From the human T2T-CHM13v2.0 reference genome, Homo sapiens, in assembly GCF_009914755.1 (NCBI RefSeq), contig NC_060937.1: DNA of 64,000 bases. One strand, 5' to 3'. This document shows positions 25,406-42,138 of this stretch, piece by piece. A model generated the notes under the pieces. The model was not told the origin of the DNA, ran no database searches, and was given only the letters and a program-made list of their open reading frames with translations. The position numbers were made by a program, and so were the translations under genes. Each line of letters begins with the position of its first letter. Positions within the stretch are counted from its first letter, which is position 1.

Positions 25406-26728
25406 TGAGCAGCCGTGCTCAAAGTCTTATTACAATGTCCCCCTCAGCTCACAGACCCTCCCTCCCTGCATATGTGCCCAGAGGTCAGGCCCTGGGGTTT
25501 TTTTTGGGAAATGGCCTTTCCTCCAAGACACAGGGAGAGACAGTCGGCCTCAGGCTCCAGGTTTCCAGCTCCACACTCACCCCAAAGGCCCTCTGGGCCC
25601 ATCTCAAAGGAGACAGTGAGGTGGCCTGGCACTGCCTGGACACGCCATCTACCCTATTCCTGAGTGTCAGAGTGTTAGGAAGGGAGGGACATTTGGCAGA
25701 TGAGACACACTGTGCTGTTGGGTCTCTCAGGGCCCTTCCCACAGAGCCCCGATCTAAAGACACAGCACAGAGGCTACAGGAAGACTAATCCAGAACCTCT
25801 GAGGCTGAGCCAGGGACCACATGAGGACTGTCCCCAGAGAGCCAGAAGGCCCTTTGCTAGTTTCTTGGTACCTCAGTGGATGCGGCAGCTGTTCTTCTGT
25901 TGGGGACCAGTGAGTACACGCTGGGGAGGGCTCGCCTGTGCTTCCTCAGTGGCTCCACCTCTGCTTCTAAAAAAAATGACTCATTCCAGCGCTGGGGCAG
26001 AGAAAATACACGATGAGCTGAGAACACCTTGTGCCAGAAAGTAAAAAAGTGCTGACAGAGTAATGGAGACAAATCAAAAACACATCAAGTCGGCTTGGAA
26101 TGTCTACCACTGGCCTAATCTTGGGGAATTGGAGCATCAGAATCATGAGCTTTCCTTCTCCCTTATTTATTGGTTTTATTTCTCCATGTAGAACAAAGAA
26201 GAGAATAAGAAAATAATCATCTGGCAACCATCATAGTAATAATTGTTCAAACACAAGTCATCCATGAAATGCTAAATCTAGTGGGTTCTGAGGAATAACC
26301 AGATATTTACAGAGCCTCAAAGTATCTCCATACAAAATATAGTTGAACTACAAAAACAAAATCGTAGCATTAGCATGGACAAACCTGGCAGGTACTCCTT
26401 AAGTCTCCTAAGTAATAAAAACTGTAAACTGCAAATAAGCCTTCGATGACCTTTACTAACCTTTATTAAAGTATCAATGATGACTTGGTTGTTTAAACAG
26501 CTGATATTTGGGCAATTTGAGTATGTCAAACTCAATAATACTTGTTTTCATTTGCAAGAGCCACTTAAAACTTAAGGAGGCTAAAAAACATCATTTAAAA
26601 TACCCTATAAATTATCATCGTACATATGATACAAAAATATCCTACTTCAGTAAATATTGTAATGTTATATATTTTATGAGAAACAATTAAAATGTGTAAA
26701 TAGCCCAGTAATAAAGTTTTATAATCTT

Positions 26729-26847
26729 TTAAATCATACAATTTTTCCTTAAAACTTTATGGTTAAATATTCTCTTCATTAGATGTGGCTTACCAGTGGA
26801 TTCTAGAGAAGAAAATAGATGGGAGCAAGTGTCCAACACAGCAACAG
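26729..26847 (-). pseudogene. Terminal coding exon ending KVLRKNCMI* (ANKRD26-like C-terminus)
   Basis: tttctag|CTGTTG...ATGATTTAA; resembles the recalled ANKRD26 end VLKKNYMI*. AATAAA on the minus strand at 26462-26467. Confidence 0.7.
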
Positions 26848-28013
26848 CTAGAAAGAAAAATAAAGAATTATGTCCTTTAAATAAAACACTTCAGTTAACT
26901 AAGTGTGAGTTTAAAAACTAAAGAGTTGTGAACTTTATCAGAGTTAATAAGTATGAGAAATATGTATGTACATTTACGATACAAAATTACTATTTAATAA
27001 TTTAACATGGCATTAATTCTAATTGTGTTTAAATATCAGAGCTTTTTCATTCTTCATTCATGTAATCAACAGCCATGTGCCAAGGTACTAGAACCAGCAC
27101 TGGAATTACAAGATGAAGATGGTGTGGTCCACCTCTCAACAGTCATATGCCATAGCCTAAAAAAACAGACAGGCAGGTAATGTCCATATAGAGTCATAGA
27201 TACCATGACAGATATACAGCAGGGCACTACTGGAACACACAGAAGGGACACCTACCCACTTTTATGTCAATATCATGGGCTTTCTGATGGAGGAGATAAC
27301 ATAGGTTGATACCTGAAGGACAAGGAAAAGCTTGCCAGATAGAGGGAAGAGGCGAAGGCAAAGAGCCTGAGGTGAGGAAGAGCCCTGCAGAGTTCCCCTC
27401 CATCCAGTTTGGGCTAGAGCAAAGGGCAGAGTGCAGTAAGTGGTGAGAGACAAGGCTGAGTAACTTGACAAGAATTACATTGACATGGGTGTTTTTATTT
27501 CATGGTGAAAAATCTGGAATGTTTCCTGAGAACAAGTGTAAGCCAATGACACAGTAAATGACAGGAGATTTAAAATGTCACCTGTCAAGTGACTGCTTAT
27601 GAAGGGTTATTGCTCAACTAAGCATTTCTGAATGAGTCTGAGGTCTGTTGGCCTTCAATTTCTACCAAAACCCTGAGAACTTGATGATGCCTGTGTTTTC
27701 TGAGAATCGTTTCAGTGTGCTGGCTGACAGTTCCATGAGGATGGCAAAACTTAAGAAAGTGTAGAGCCAGTGAAAAAGAGATGCACAGACTTCTTGGGAA
27801 TTTTTTAAGCTACAGAACATGATGAATTTATGGTGCATAAGTACAGTCTTCTCTGTGAAAGTTTTTGTTCTCACATCTTTCATTAGATGTGTGTAAGAAA
27901 AAAATACTTGACGTAGTATCTACTAACCCAAGAATGAAAAGGAATGCCATTTGCTATTTACACTTTATTTCTAAAATAAACCTAAATTTAATTTAAAAAT
28001 TTTGGCAACATAC

Positions 28014-28059
28014 TTCTCTTTGTTTCTCTAATTATTTGTTCTACACAGTCCAGCTCCAC
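28014..28059 (-). pseudogene. 46-bp penultimate exon: VELDCVEQIIRETKR
   Basis: attttag|GTGGAG...AGAGAA|gtatg; phases join in frame with both neighbours. Confidence 0.7.
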
Positions 28060-28358
28060 CTAAAATAAGTAAAAATAATAATAATGTTTAAGTTAAACAA
28101 GAAACATTATCATGAAAATAATGTATCATTTACAAAATGTGGCCTTTAGTATTTTTAGTGACTAGACATAACTTGAAGTTTGCTTAAATAGAAAAATAAT
28201 CACATAAATAAATTAAAATTTCTACTTATTTTAAGTTTAGATAACAGAGGATGTATATGTGTAATGCTGTTTAGAGTAATCGGACAAAAATACAGTTAAT
28301 ATTGATCTATTGCATTACATGATTTTAGAAAGGTAGTGTTTTATTAGTACAAAGGTTA

Positions 28359-28666
<308 letters not shown>

Positions 28667-28804
28667 TTAAAGCCATCTTTTGCAATGAATGCATTGCTTT
28701 GAAATTCTTAGAAAACTCTGCCCTTTATAAAAGTTTAATCCATTTTTTACTTTAATAAATTTTAACTTAAAAAGAAATTTCTATTCTCTACTTATAGTAA
28801 ACTT

Positions 28805-29945
28805 TTCTTTCTTTTTTTTTTTTAGTTTGTATTCTAAATTAAGGTGGTACCTCCGTAGGATTCTTCCAAAGGCATATTGAGGGATGCCGAGGTTTGCAGT
28901 ACAATTGAGCCCATCACACAGGTAGTGAGCGTAGGACCCAGTAAGTAGTTTTTCAACCCTGGCCCACTCTGTCCCTCCCTGCTCTTATTTCCTAGTGTCT
29001 ATTATTCCCATGTTTATGACAATGTGCACCCAATGTGTAGCTTCCACATGAGTGAAAACATGAGATACTTGGTTTCTGTTTCTGCATTGGTTTGCTTAGG
29101 AGAGTGGATTCCAGCTGTATCCATGTTGCTGCAAATGATGTGATTTTGTTCTTTTTATGGCTGCTTAGTATTCCATGGTATATATGGAATTTTCCAATCT
29201 ACCTTGGATTTTCAATCTACCTTGGATGCACCTGGATTGACTCCATGTCTTTGCTATTGTGAATAGTGCTGCAATGAACATACATGTGCATGCATCTTTT
29301 TGTTACAATGATTTATTGTCCTTTCAGTATACCCCCAGTATAGTAATGGGGTTGCTGCATCCAACGGTTATTCTTAGTTCTTAATTTCCAAACTGCTGTC
29401 CATAGTAGCTGAATTAATTTACATTGCCACAAACAGTGTGTGTTCCCTCTTCTCCACAGCCTCCCCAACATCTTTTTTTTTTTTTTTTCAACAAAAGTCA
29501 TTCTGACTGGTGTGAAATGGTATCTCACTGATGTTTTGTTTGGCATTTTTCTGATGATTAGCAATGGTAAGCATTTGTTAATGTTTGTTGGCCACTTACA
29601 TGTGTTATTTTGAGAAGTGTCTGTTCATGTCCTTTGCCCATTTTTAATGGTGTTATTTATTTTTTGCTTGTTGATTTGTTTAGGTCTCTTATAGATTCTG
29701 GATAATAGGATAATAGGCATTTGCTATACCCATAGTTTGTGAATATTTTCTTCCATTCTTTAGGCTGTCTGTTTAATCCCGTGATACTTTCTCGTGCTGT
29801 GCAGAAGCTCTTTAGCTAAATTAGATGACACTTGTCAATTTTTGTTATTCTTGCAATTGCTTTTGAGGACTTAGCCATAAATTGACAAATATGATGTCTA
29901 GAAGAGTATTTCCTAGGTTTTCTTCCAGGATTTTTATAGTCAGAA
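28805..29945 (-). mobile_element. L1 3' fragment (ORF2 end and 3'UTR)
   Basis: 'ttgctattgtgaatagtgctgcaatgaacatac', 'gagaagtgtctgttcatgtcctttgccca' and 'gtgcagaagctctttag'; ORF 29313..29564 is L1 ORF2-like. Confidence 0.88.
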
Positions 29946-29976
29946 GATGTACTCTTATGTAAGAAAAGCACAAGCC

Positions 29977-30271
29977 TTTTTTTTTTTTTTTTTTAAGACG
30001 GAGTCTCCATCACCCAGGCTATAGTGCAGTGGTATGATCTTGGCTTACTGCAACCTCTGTCTCCTGGGTTCAAGTGATTCTCCTGCCTCAGCCTCCTGAG
30101 TATCTGAGATTACACACGCCTGCCAACATGCCTTGCTAATTTTTGTATTTTTACTAGAGACAGGTTTCATCATGTTGACCAGGCTGGTCTCAAACTCCTG
30201 ACCTCAGGTGATTCACGTGCCTCGGCCTCCCCAAATTTTGGGATTACAAGTGTGAGCCACTGCGCCTGGCC
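29977..30271 (-). mobile_element. Alu
   Basis: Poly-T plus Alu reverse complement; flanking aagcacaa(a)gc repeat. Confidence 0.95.
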
Positions 30272-30449
30272 AAGCACAAAGCTTTTAACATAAAAATGGA
30301 AATGAACATTTTAGTGTTTGGTTTAATTCATAAAATGCAATTATTTTGGATTCTACTAAATAATAAACATCCATATGTGGTAAAGTGTTTGGATGCCAAT
30401 CATTCAGTTGTGATTATGGGTGGGAAGAGTTGAGATGGTGCAAATAAAC

Positions 30450-30754
30450 TTTTTTTTAATTTTTTATTTTCAAGATGGAGTCTTGCCCTGTCACCCAGGC
30501 TGGAGTGCAGTGGTGCGATCTCAGCTCCTGCAACCTCTGTCTCCCAGGTTCAAGCAATTCTCTGCCTCAGCCTTCCTAGTAGCTGGGATTACAGGTGCCC
30601 GCCACCACACCTGGCTATTTTTTTTTTTGTACTTTTAGTAGAGATGGGGTTTCACCATCTTGGCAAGGCTGGTCTTGAACTTCTGACCTCGTGACATACC
30701 TGCCTCGGCCTCCCAAAGTGCTGGGATTACAGGCATGAGCCACCGCACCTGGCT
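30450..30754 (-). mobile_element. Alu
   Basis: Alu reverse complement; TSD ggtgcaaa(t/g)aaactt at 30437 and 30755. Confidence 0.95.
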
Positions 30755-30781
30755 GGTGCAAAGAAACTTAAAAGTGACGTG

Positions 30782-31096
<315 letters not shown>

Positions 31097-31428
31097 CTAA
31101 ACTACAATCAATTAGAGAGTAAGCCAAAGTATCTCAAAGTATATCATCAGTTATAAGGCAATAACATGCAATTTCTAAAACCTAACATAAATGCAGCTTT
31201 TAAAGACATTTTAAACGTGTCAGTTTAGTCACATTTATTGAATAAAGTTAGCAAATGGATATCTCTCAAAAATGAGAGCTCCAGGGAATTAAAAAATGTA
31301 ACGTTCCCATTTCCTTTCTGTGTTAACACAGCTAATTATGATCTTTACTTAACATGCATAAGTCAACAGAACAACTCAGTATTTCACCAAATTAAAAACA
31401 AGAATTACGCTAGAGAAATGAAACCCTA

Positions 31429-31746
<318 letters not shown>

Positions 31747-33001
31747 TTAAAAACTTGCCCTGAGAGTAAACCAAATTACCCACTAAACAGTGTTTTCACA
31801 CTGAAGATGTGTGAGAGCATACCTGTTGCAAGGAATTATACTTTTAAAATCATTCTAAAGAAGCACCTGTGTTTCTAAGGTGATTTATACTGAACAAGCA
31901 GCTCAAACAGGGAAGAGAAATGGCTACCAGTGATGTATGGCTCAACAGGTAAAACTTGCTGCCTTCTAAAATGGCTCTACTTGAAAGATTCTGAAGATTC
32001 CACTTGAAATACTTGTATTTAAAGGGTAACAACATGGGAAAAGGAATATGTTGATTTGCTTGATTATAAGAACCACTTCACTAGAAATAATTATATCAAA
32101 ACATCATGTTGTACTCTTTAAGGTAGGTTAAGAAAACTAAAATGAACAAAAAAAATCTAGGAATACTTGTGTTTAGTAAACCAGTTTTAGGTTTCACCCT
32201 TGTACATTTCACCAATTATCTAGGACCAATTAAACATTTGGTAATGAGGAATAATTCAGAGCAACAACTCCTAGGGGAGAACTAGATTGTTTGGTTGTTG
32301 ATCAAAAAGAACTAAAGCATCTCTGAAGGCAATTAGCCCCCAGCACTGTGACCAAGGCACTGGAGGTGGGGCTTGTTCTTTTTGCCTTCCACACACCCCT
32401 TCAGACTGAACAAGGTGTTATTTTTTAACCACTTTGTGAATTACACTTCTTTAAATTCCTGTGATAATTATTCCCTATTTCATAAGGATGCCTTTCTATA
32501 ACATCTTGAATATGTTACACAAATATTCTTTCTTGAGGCACCCTCTAGTGATAATACTAAAGATCACAATCAAAAACGATTGTGCCCAGAGTATCAGTAC
32601 CACTTGACACTTTGGGTTTAGGTCGTGATCTACCGAAAAGTAAACTCATTAATATTACTATTTATGGAAATTCTGACAAGTAATTTAAAACAAGATCACT
32701 TTATTAATTATAAAGCTTCAAAAATACTTAGTAAAAAAACTAACAGATTAACTACAACAGACTTTTCAGGGGAAAAAAGCCATACAAAAACAAAACAAAA
32801 AAAAAATGAGAGGAGAGACAGAAACTATCCTTGACTAACATTTTAAAGGTAAGATTACTTACTAACATTATTTTCCAAAATTACATTGTCAAATTAGCAT
32901 TCACTTCCTACTAATATCCTGAAGCCATCTCACTAAAAATTATGCTTTCAAAACAAATTAATGAGCTGAATTCATTTTCTATGAGTGTATGTTTGGACTT
33001 A

Positions 33002-33210
<209 letters not shown>

Positions 33211-33698
33211 CTAAAACAAATGAAAAGAATATATTTTTAAAATAATTATAACCTAATTATTATGTTTGTTGCCTTTCATTTTGAGCCAGTGATTCAAAGA
33301 GCAATTTTGAATATGTTAAAAAAAGAGGCTGAAGCTTAAAATATTTATCAGCAGTATCAAAACTAATAACTGAATTCAGAATAAAGTGTGATTTATAAAA
33401 ATTTGAAATCATAATTATGTTAGTATTAACGTAATCTGGTCATATAAAAAGCAACAGAATCCATTCATAATTTTAAAAAGTGATCAACGAACAATGTAGC
33501 TTAAGACCAATTCAAAAGTATCACATAATTTCTAAATCACAACTTTTTCTTATGCCAACTGGTCTTAATCATCAAATGACTCCATAGTAAGAATCATTAC
33601 TCTGAAAGATTGATTTTGTTATAATAATGGAAATTTAAATATTTAAAAGAAAAAACAGATGCCATTTTTTTTCTAAAACTCTACAAAGCAAATTGCTA

Positions 33699-34187
<489 letters not shown>

Positions 34188-34532
34188 TTATTTGTAGTGC
34201 AGTAAATTATTCAAATGTGAACCCTTAAATTACTCAGAATTTTAAGAACAAAGTTAAAGCTACCATGAGTCACAAAAATACATTATTTAACTATCATCAT
34301 CTTTGCCACAGAACTTTTGCACTTCATCTTACTTTTATTTTTCTGATAATTTTTTGTTCCTCCTTAAATGGCACTAAGCTATCTCTTAGTAAAAAGTGTC
34401 TATCCCCCTTCCCTCATTATCATTCCCCATAATATGTCAAAAAAAGTTTCAGAAATATCACATTGAGTTATTTAGGCCGAAGTCAATAAATGGCTCTAGG
34501 AATAAGACTTTGAAAATAATATAACACTCTAT

Positions 34533-34830
34533 ACTAGGCATGGTGGCTCGTGCCTGTAATCCTAGCACTTTAAAAAGCTGTGGCAGAAAGATTACTTGAG
34601 GCCAGGAATTTGAGATCAGCCAGAGCAACATAGTGAGGCCCCATCTCTACAAAAAAAAATTTTTTTTAATTAGCCGGGCATGGTGGCTCATGTCTGTAGA
34701 CCCAGCTATTTGAGAGACCGAGGCAAAAGGATGGCTTGTACCCAGAGTTCAGGGCTGCAGTGAATTATGACCACATCACTGCCCTTCTGCCTGGATGACA
34801 GACAAAGACCATATCTCAAAAAAACACAAA
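34533..34830 (+). mobile_element. Old Alu (J-like)
   Basis: Diverged dimeric Alu with A-rich linker and tail. Confidence 0.85.
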
Positions 34831-34934
34831 ATAATGAATCCTATAAATAAGTATTCTGATGCCATAAGCCTTTCCTTAAACTGCAAATGTTTCATGCTAA
34901 TTTGAGTTGCATTTTAAGAAGTAATGATTCTTGG

Positions 34935-36670
34935 GGTAAAGGCCATAGAATACAGCACCTAGAAATAAATCCACATATTTCCAGCCAAGTGATTTTGGAT
35001 GAACGTGCCAAGAACATACACTGGGGAAAGGACAGCCTCTTCAAATGAATGGCGCTGGGAAAACTAAATATCCATATGGAGAAGAATGATACTAGCTTCC
35101 TATGTAACACCATATAACAACATAAACTCAGAATCAATTGAAGACTGAAATGCAAGGCCCAAAATTATCAAACTACTATAAGTAAACATAGGGAAAGTTC
35201 TTGAGGACAGTCTGCACAAAGATTTTTATGGGTAAGATATCAGAAGCATAGGCAAAAAACAAATGATAGACAAATGGTACTACATTAAGCTAAAATGCTT
35301 CTGTCCAGCTAACAACTGAGTGAAGACAAAACTTGTAGAATGGGAGAAAATATCATCAAGCTATTAATCTAATAAGGGACTAATATCCAAAATGTACAAG
35401 AAATTCAAACAACTTGACAGTAAAAAAAAAATCTGAGTTCAAAATTGGGCAAAATATCTAACTATACTTTTTTTTTAGAAAAAAGAAATACAAATAGCCA
35501 ATAAATAAATTTAACAATGCTCAGTATCACTAATCCTCAGAGAAATACAAATCAAATCTACAATATGATATAATCTTGCTTCAATTTGAATAAATTATTA
35601 TCATTGAAAAGATAAAAAAAAAATGCTGGTGAGGTTCCAGAGAAGAGTAAACTCTTACGTGCTGTTGGTGGCAAGGTAAATTAGTGCAGCCACTATAGAA
35701 AACAACATGAGGTTTCCTCAAAAAATTAATAATGGAACTGCCGAGGGATCCAGCAAGCCCACTACTGGGTATTCAGGCAATAGAAAAGAAAACAATAGAT
35801 CAAAAGGATACCTGTCCTCATATGTTTATTGTAGCACTATTCACAACGGCTAATGTATGGAATCAACCTACATATCCATCTCCAAATGAAAAGAAAAAAA
35901 ACTGTGGCACACATACACAATGGAATACTATTCACCGTATAAAGGAATTAAATCCTGTTATCGTGGCCACGTGGATCAGTCTGGAGGATGTTATGTTAAG
36001 TGCAGACACAGAAAGATAAATACTGCACATTCTCACTCCTGTGTGGGAGCTAAACAAAAATTGAGGGCTGGGCAACATGGCTGACGCCTGTAATTTCCTA
36101 GCACTTAGAAAGACAAAGGCAGGAGAGTCACTTGAGGCCAAAAGTTCCAGAGCACCTGGGCAGCATAGGGAGATATTTCTATAAAGTCAAAAATCAGACG
36201 GGTGCAATGGTGCATGCTCAATAATCCTAGCTTCTCAGGAGGCTGAGGTGTGAGGATCACATGAGCCCAAGAGTTGGGGGCTGCAGTGAACTATGATCAA
36301 ACCACTGTCTCCCATCTGGGTGACTATAGTTGCCCAGAGCCCAGACTACACTAGCAAGACCCTGTCTCTTAACAACAACAAAAATCTCAAAGAAGTAGGG
36401 GAAGGTAGGTTGGTTAATGGATATAGAATTACAGTTAGATAAGAAGAATGAGTTCTGGTGTTCTGCGGCATTGTAGGGTGAATATGGTTAACTATGATTT
36501 CTTGTATATTTTTAAAAAGCCAGAAGATTGTGAATGTTCACAATTCAAAGAAGTGAAAAATGGTTGAAGTAGTAAATGTGCTAGTTAGCTTGATCATTAC
36601 ACCCTATTTACATGTATCAGAATATCACTCTATAACACAATTATGTATATATGTGTCAATTAAAACAAAA
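34935..36670 (+). mobile_element. Old L1 3' fragment interrupted by a degenerate Alu (~36066-36385)
   Basis: 'gccaagaacatacactggggaaaggacagcctcttcaa', 'atgtttattgtagcactattcacaa' and L1M-type 3'UTR 'gaatgagttctggtgttct'. Confidence 0.82.
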
Positions 36671-36689
36671 GAGAAGTTACATCGATCCC

Positions 36690-37092
36690 ATTTAAAAAAA
36701 CAGAATATGGGCCAACCTTACTGACTTCCTCCTAATGAATAGAATGCAGTAAAAGGGATACCATGTGGCTTACCTATCTCAGACTGTTTTCCCTTGGAAC
36801 CCAGCCCCCAGATTGTGAGAGCACTCAGGCCACAAAGAGAACCTGGCAGTGCCAGTGTCAGTGTTCATACTGCCTGTCCCAACCAAGGTTCTAGCCAATG
36901 GCCAGCATCAACCATCAAACACGTGGGTGAGTAACGCTTCAGAGGATTCCATTTCCCCAACTGATAGCTGTTCCTAGGGAAGCTGAGGGGAGTAGAGACG
37001 AGCTGTCCTGGCCAAGCTTTTTCCAAACCACAGGTTCATTAACAAAATAAATATTTTTCTTTTAAGCCACAAAACTGTGGGTAATTGTTAGA
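36690..37092 (+). mobile_element. Old MaLR (MLT1-like) LTR fragment
   Basis: 3' signature 'aaaataaat...ttttaagccac...tgggtaattgtta'. Confidence 0.6.
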
Positions 37093-38384
37093 AAAGTAAC
37101 TTTTAAAAAGAGACAACAGGAAACATAACTTATGCAGCAGAAAAGAGTCTCCTTTAAAGTAGGATCTAATAAATGTTGAGGTTAATTTATTGATGGCAAA
37201 CATTATTGAGAAGCAGCAGATAACCAGGACAGAGACATAAGCTGCTGAGGAGGAACTTTTCCTAAAACTCCTTCAATTATGAACTCTGATAACAAGGCAA
37301 GGGTGTCTCCTTACGGTTTCCCCTCAAGTTAGGAAATAAGACTGGGAAGCAAGAAGAAGACATATGGTATGAAAAAAAACTAGAAATACTTGGTTACACA
37401 ATCAAAATCAGACATTTACCTGATTTGAATTAACTAAAATTCTAAAAGATAAGCTTTCAGTATTTATTAATCAATCTAGTATTTAATTTTTATTTTCCTT
37501 TTCTCAATGAGGAAATGAGAACATTATGAAATGATTTTTAGTCTTCACAGAAGTAAAATAAACATAGTGTGCTTTGAGTGTTAAGCAATCAAGTGCAATT
37601 TCTCCTTTACCTTACTTCAAGCTTGTTTGTTTGGAGAAGTTAAGACCATCCCATCTCTATGCTCTACCACAAGACTTCTCTATAGCACACAACTTGGCTC
37701 TGAAATTTTGAAAGTCAAAATACTAATCTACTATGTGTCTCTGATAAATTGCCTGAATATTACCTGATTTTGAAGTGCTGCACTCCTAAGACCTTTTCTT
37801 GGAATGAGTTAAACTTTATATTCCAGGAATCCTCTACTGAGCTAGAAAGCAGAGCTGTGCATCTCTGTTTCAGTAAAAGGCGGTCAATACAGCTAACTGT
37901 GGTTTCTGAGAATGCAAGATCTGCACCAAGAAAAGGATTAGCCACAGTGCTACCCAAGAGAACCAGCTACCAGGGGGAAAGAGGATCTGTGAACTGCAAG
38001 ATGATGACTTCACTTGATTTCCACTGAGGAAAGCTGGCGGCTCAGACTTAAACTTCTCCTTCCTGGATGGTAAACATCTATGGAAGATTCTATGAATTAT
38101 AATGAGTTAGCAAAACATAATGCACTAAATATTAGACTATGTCAGCAGATCCTGTGACCAAAACTTACTGAAAACAAAACTATAGCGGGAGGCAATGAAA
38201 AAGAGACTAAAGATTTGAATGGAGAAAAAATAAATAAAGTATGTCTTATAGGCCTGGCTTCCCATCATGTCTTAGAGTAAGTGAGGTATAAGCTGGCCAG
38301 AGACTCCTTTGAGACACAAAAGGTGAAATTAAAGATATTCCACTAAATTTAATTTTTTATTACAACATAAGACAACTGGTAATA

Positions 38385-40215
38385 TGCAACATGATTGAAA
38401 AAAACTTCTCAGTAAATTCATTTTGGCCTTGGCATAAGAATAGACATAAACAAAGAATTGATAATCTAAAAATAAACTTGTGCATTTACAGTCAATTGAT
38501 TTTATATAAAGTTAACAAAAGAACAAAATGGGAAAAGAATAGTCTTTTCAACAAATGGTGCTGGGACAACTGGGTATCCATATGCAAAAAATAAATAAAT
38601 TAGGACCAAATATCTTTTTTAAAAATTAACTCAAAATAAAACAGTTAACTGTAACAGCTAAAACTATAAAACTCTCAGAAGAAAACCCTGGCATAAATAT
38701 TTGTGACTGCATTTGGCAGTGTTTTCTTAGCTATGACTCCAAAGGAAAAACGGATTCAATGGACTTGAAAATTGAAAACTGCTGTGCCTGAGAAGACAGT
38801 ATCAAGAAGTGAAAAGGCAAGACACTAAGTAGAAGAAAGTATATGAAAAGCATATACCTGATAAGCGACTTACATATATAGGATATGTAAAGAACCTTTG
38901 CAATTCATGAGTAACAAGATAATTCAATTTTTAAAATGGGCAAAGATTTTGAATAGATGTATCTGCAAAGAAGATGAAAAGATGGATAATGAGCACATTA
39001 ATAGATGCTTGATGTAATTAGTCATTAGGAAAATGTAAATCAAAACCACATGTGGTATCACTTCACACCACAGGATAAAATCTTTGTTCAATAAAAAAGA
39101 GAAAATGTGTTAGGAAAAATGTAAAGAAATTAAAACCCTTATCCAATGCTGCTGGAGATGTAAAGTGATGCAGCCGCTTTGGAAAACAAACTGGCAGCTC
39201 CTCAAAAGGTTAAGCATGAAGTTACCATACAACCCAGAAATTCCAGTCATAAGTATATACTCCAGAAAAATAAAAATCATGGAAGCACAAAAACTCATAC
39301 ATAAATGTTTACAGCAGCATTATTAATATGAGTCAGAAAGTGGAAAGAACCAGAACGTCCATCACCTTTGGGTGGGAAAGAACCCAAAGGTCCATTACCT
39401 GGTGAATGGATAAATAAACTGTTTGATGTATCCATACAATGGAATATCACTCAGCAATAAGAAGAAATTAAGTACTGATACTGTATTAGAAGGAGACAGC
39501 AAAATGCCTAGGCAGATATGGAAGGGTCCCTGGAGAATCTCCAACCAGCCCCACAAGTGTTTACACCAGAAGTTAAGTGCAGATAAGGGAACCTGGACTT
39601 GTCTTGCCTGGACATGCCTGCAGCAGATCAGAGGCCCACATGCACTGGGGGGATGGGGTGGAGCCACCAGGAATTCACGCCTTATGCAGGGGAGGAGCCT
39701 GGCCACTTCAGCTCATGTGCTCCTGGTATTCAATTGTGAGGTGGAAACCTGTTTGCAGGACCACTCTCTTTGCTGAGAGCTTTCCTTTCACTTAATAAAT
39801 TCTGTCCTCCTCACCCTTCAATGTGTCTGCGTGCTTAATTTTTCCTGGTCATGAGAGAAGAACCCAGATGTAGCTGAACTAATGAGAAAAACCCCACATC
39901 AATACCTGCTACAGCACAGATGCAGCATGAAAAATTATGCTAAGTGAAATAAGCCAGTCACAGTAGACCACTTGCTTTTTATTTCAGAGGCTTATAGGCA
40001 AATCTATATAAAGGAGGTTGGTGGTTCCCTACGGCCGACGGAGGAAGGGAAACTAGTGAAGATGGCTAAGTGATGTGGGGTTTGTTTTCAGGGTGATGAA
40101 AATGTTCTAAAATTGATTGTGATGATGACTGCATAACTCTCTGAAAATACTAAAGTCAATGACTCGTATATTTTAAATGAGTGACTTGCATGGTGTGTTC
40201 ATTATTTCTCAATAA
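38385..40215 (+). mobile_element. Old L1 fragment interrupted by a solo LTR
   Basis: 'agtcttttcaacaaatggtgctgggacaactgg', 'tggaaaacaaactggcag' and 'gggtgatgaaaatgttctaaaatt'. Confidence 0.82.
39482..39901 (+). mobile_element. Solo ERV1 LTR (MER61-like), 420 bp
   Basis: TG...CA termini, 4-bp TSD atac (39478-39481 and 39902-39905), AATAAA at ~39794; subfamily from recall. Confidence 0.8.
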
Positions 40216-40449
40216 ACCTGTTACCCAGCCCCCCCAAATTAATTTGGTACTAGTGGTCTGGAGACAGGTACTGCTTGGTTTCAGATCACTGGCCAGAGTT
40301 AAAGACATAAGAGAATCAACAGCATGTCCTTTTTATAGAAAAAAGGTTTATATTTTAAAAACTATCCTTTTCATTAGTATCAATTCTGTAAAATTAAATG
40401 AAAAATCTTTCTTTGACTGCTTAAAGCACTGAGAGATTTATATTGAGGA

Positions 40450-40805
40450 ATAAGACCTCATTTTCTTTGGCCCCGATTTCTATCTAAAGGGTCTGAGAAT
40501 CACACACTTCAAACTATTAAATCTCATCAGATGGGTTTTATTAACTCTTATAATGTGGATTACTTTCTCACCTGATTCTGGTACAGCATCACAGAGAGAA
40601 GAAGCTGAAGGAAATCAAAATATTTAACCCCCAAATATATTTTTCTGACATATTTTGAAATGGCTGCTGCAGGGCCAAGAGATTGAAATGGCCCTCATTA
40701 ATGTAGCCCAATCTCTCCCCTTCTAGGTCTTCCCAGATCTGGGGAAGATGAACTAAGAGGCTGATGCATTTAAAGTCTGAAAAGATATATTTATCCTCTA
40801 TTTTC
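40450..40805. mobile_element. Probable old ERV1 (MER4-group) LTR fragment
   Basis: 'aatcaaaatatttaacccccaaatatattt...gacatattttgaaatggctg' resembles recalled MER31/34/39-type LTRs. Confidence 0.45.
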
Positions 40806-40903
40806 TCAACATATTTTGGTAGAATTTGGGTTTTTCCATTATCAATATGTTCCCAAATTACTTGATTTTTAATCCCAAAACTGATTTAAAATTACCGTAT
40901 GTT

Positions 40904-41550
<647 letters not shown>

Positions 41551-41762
41551 TCAAATATTTTTAAGAGTAAATATTTTAAAATTGTTTAAACAGATATTAT
41601 GTTATAGCATATCAAAGAAACACATCTATAAACTATGATCCTTTCAGTTTCAACTGAGCATAGTTTGGAAGCACCCTATATGAAAGTATAATCTTAGATA
41701 AATAATATGAAGAACAATTTTATGGCATATATGGCAGGTAAAGTGGTATCACAACCATACAG

Positions 41763-42138
<376 letters not shown>

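Noticed and set aside
27045-27460. Possible ancient L2 fragments (also ~48780-49020 and ~61440-61760)
   Set aside because: Resemblance too weak to give boundaries without a profile search.
37749-38027. Possible extra exon or ORF (65 and 92 aa)
   Set aside because: Donor-like site present, but no recognisable family homology, and the flanking exons already join in frame.
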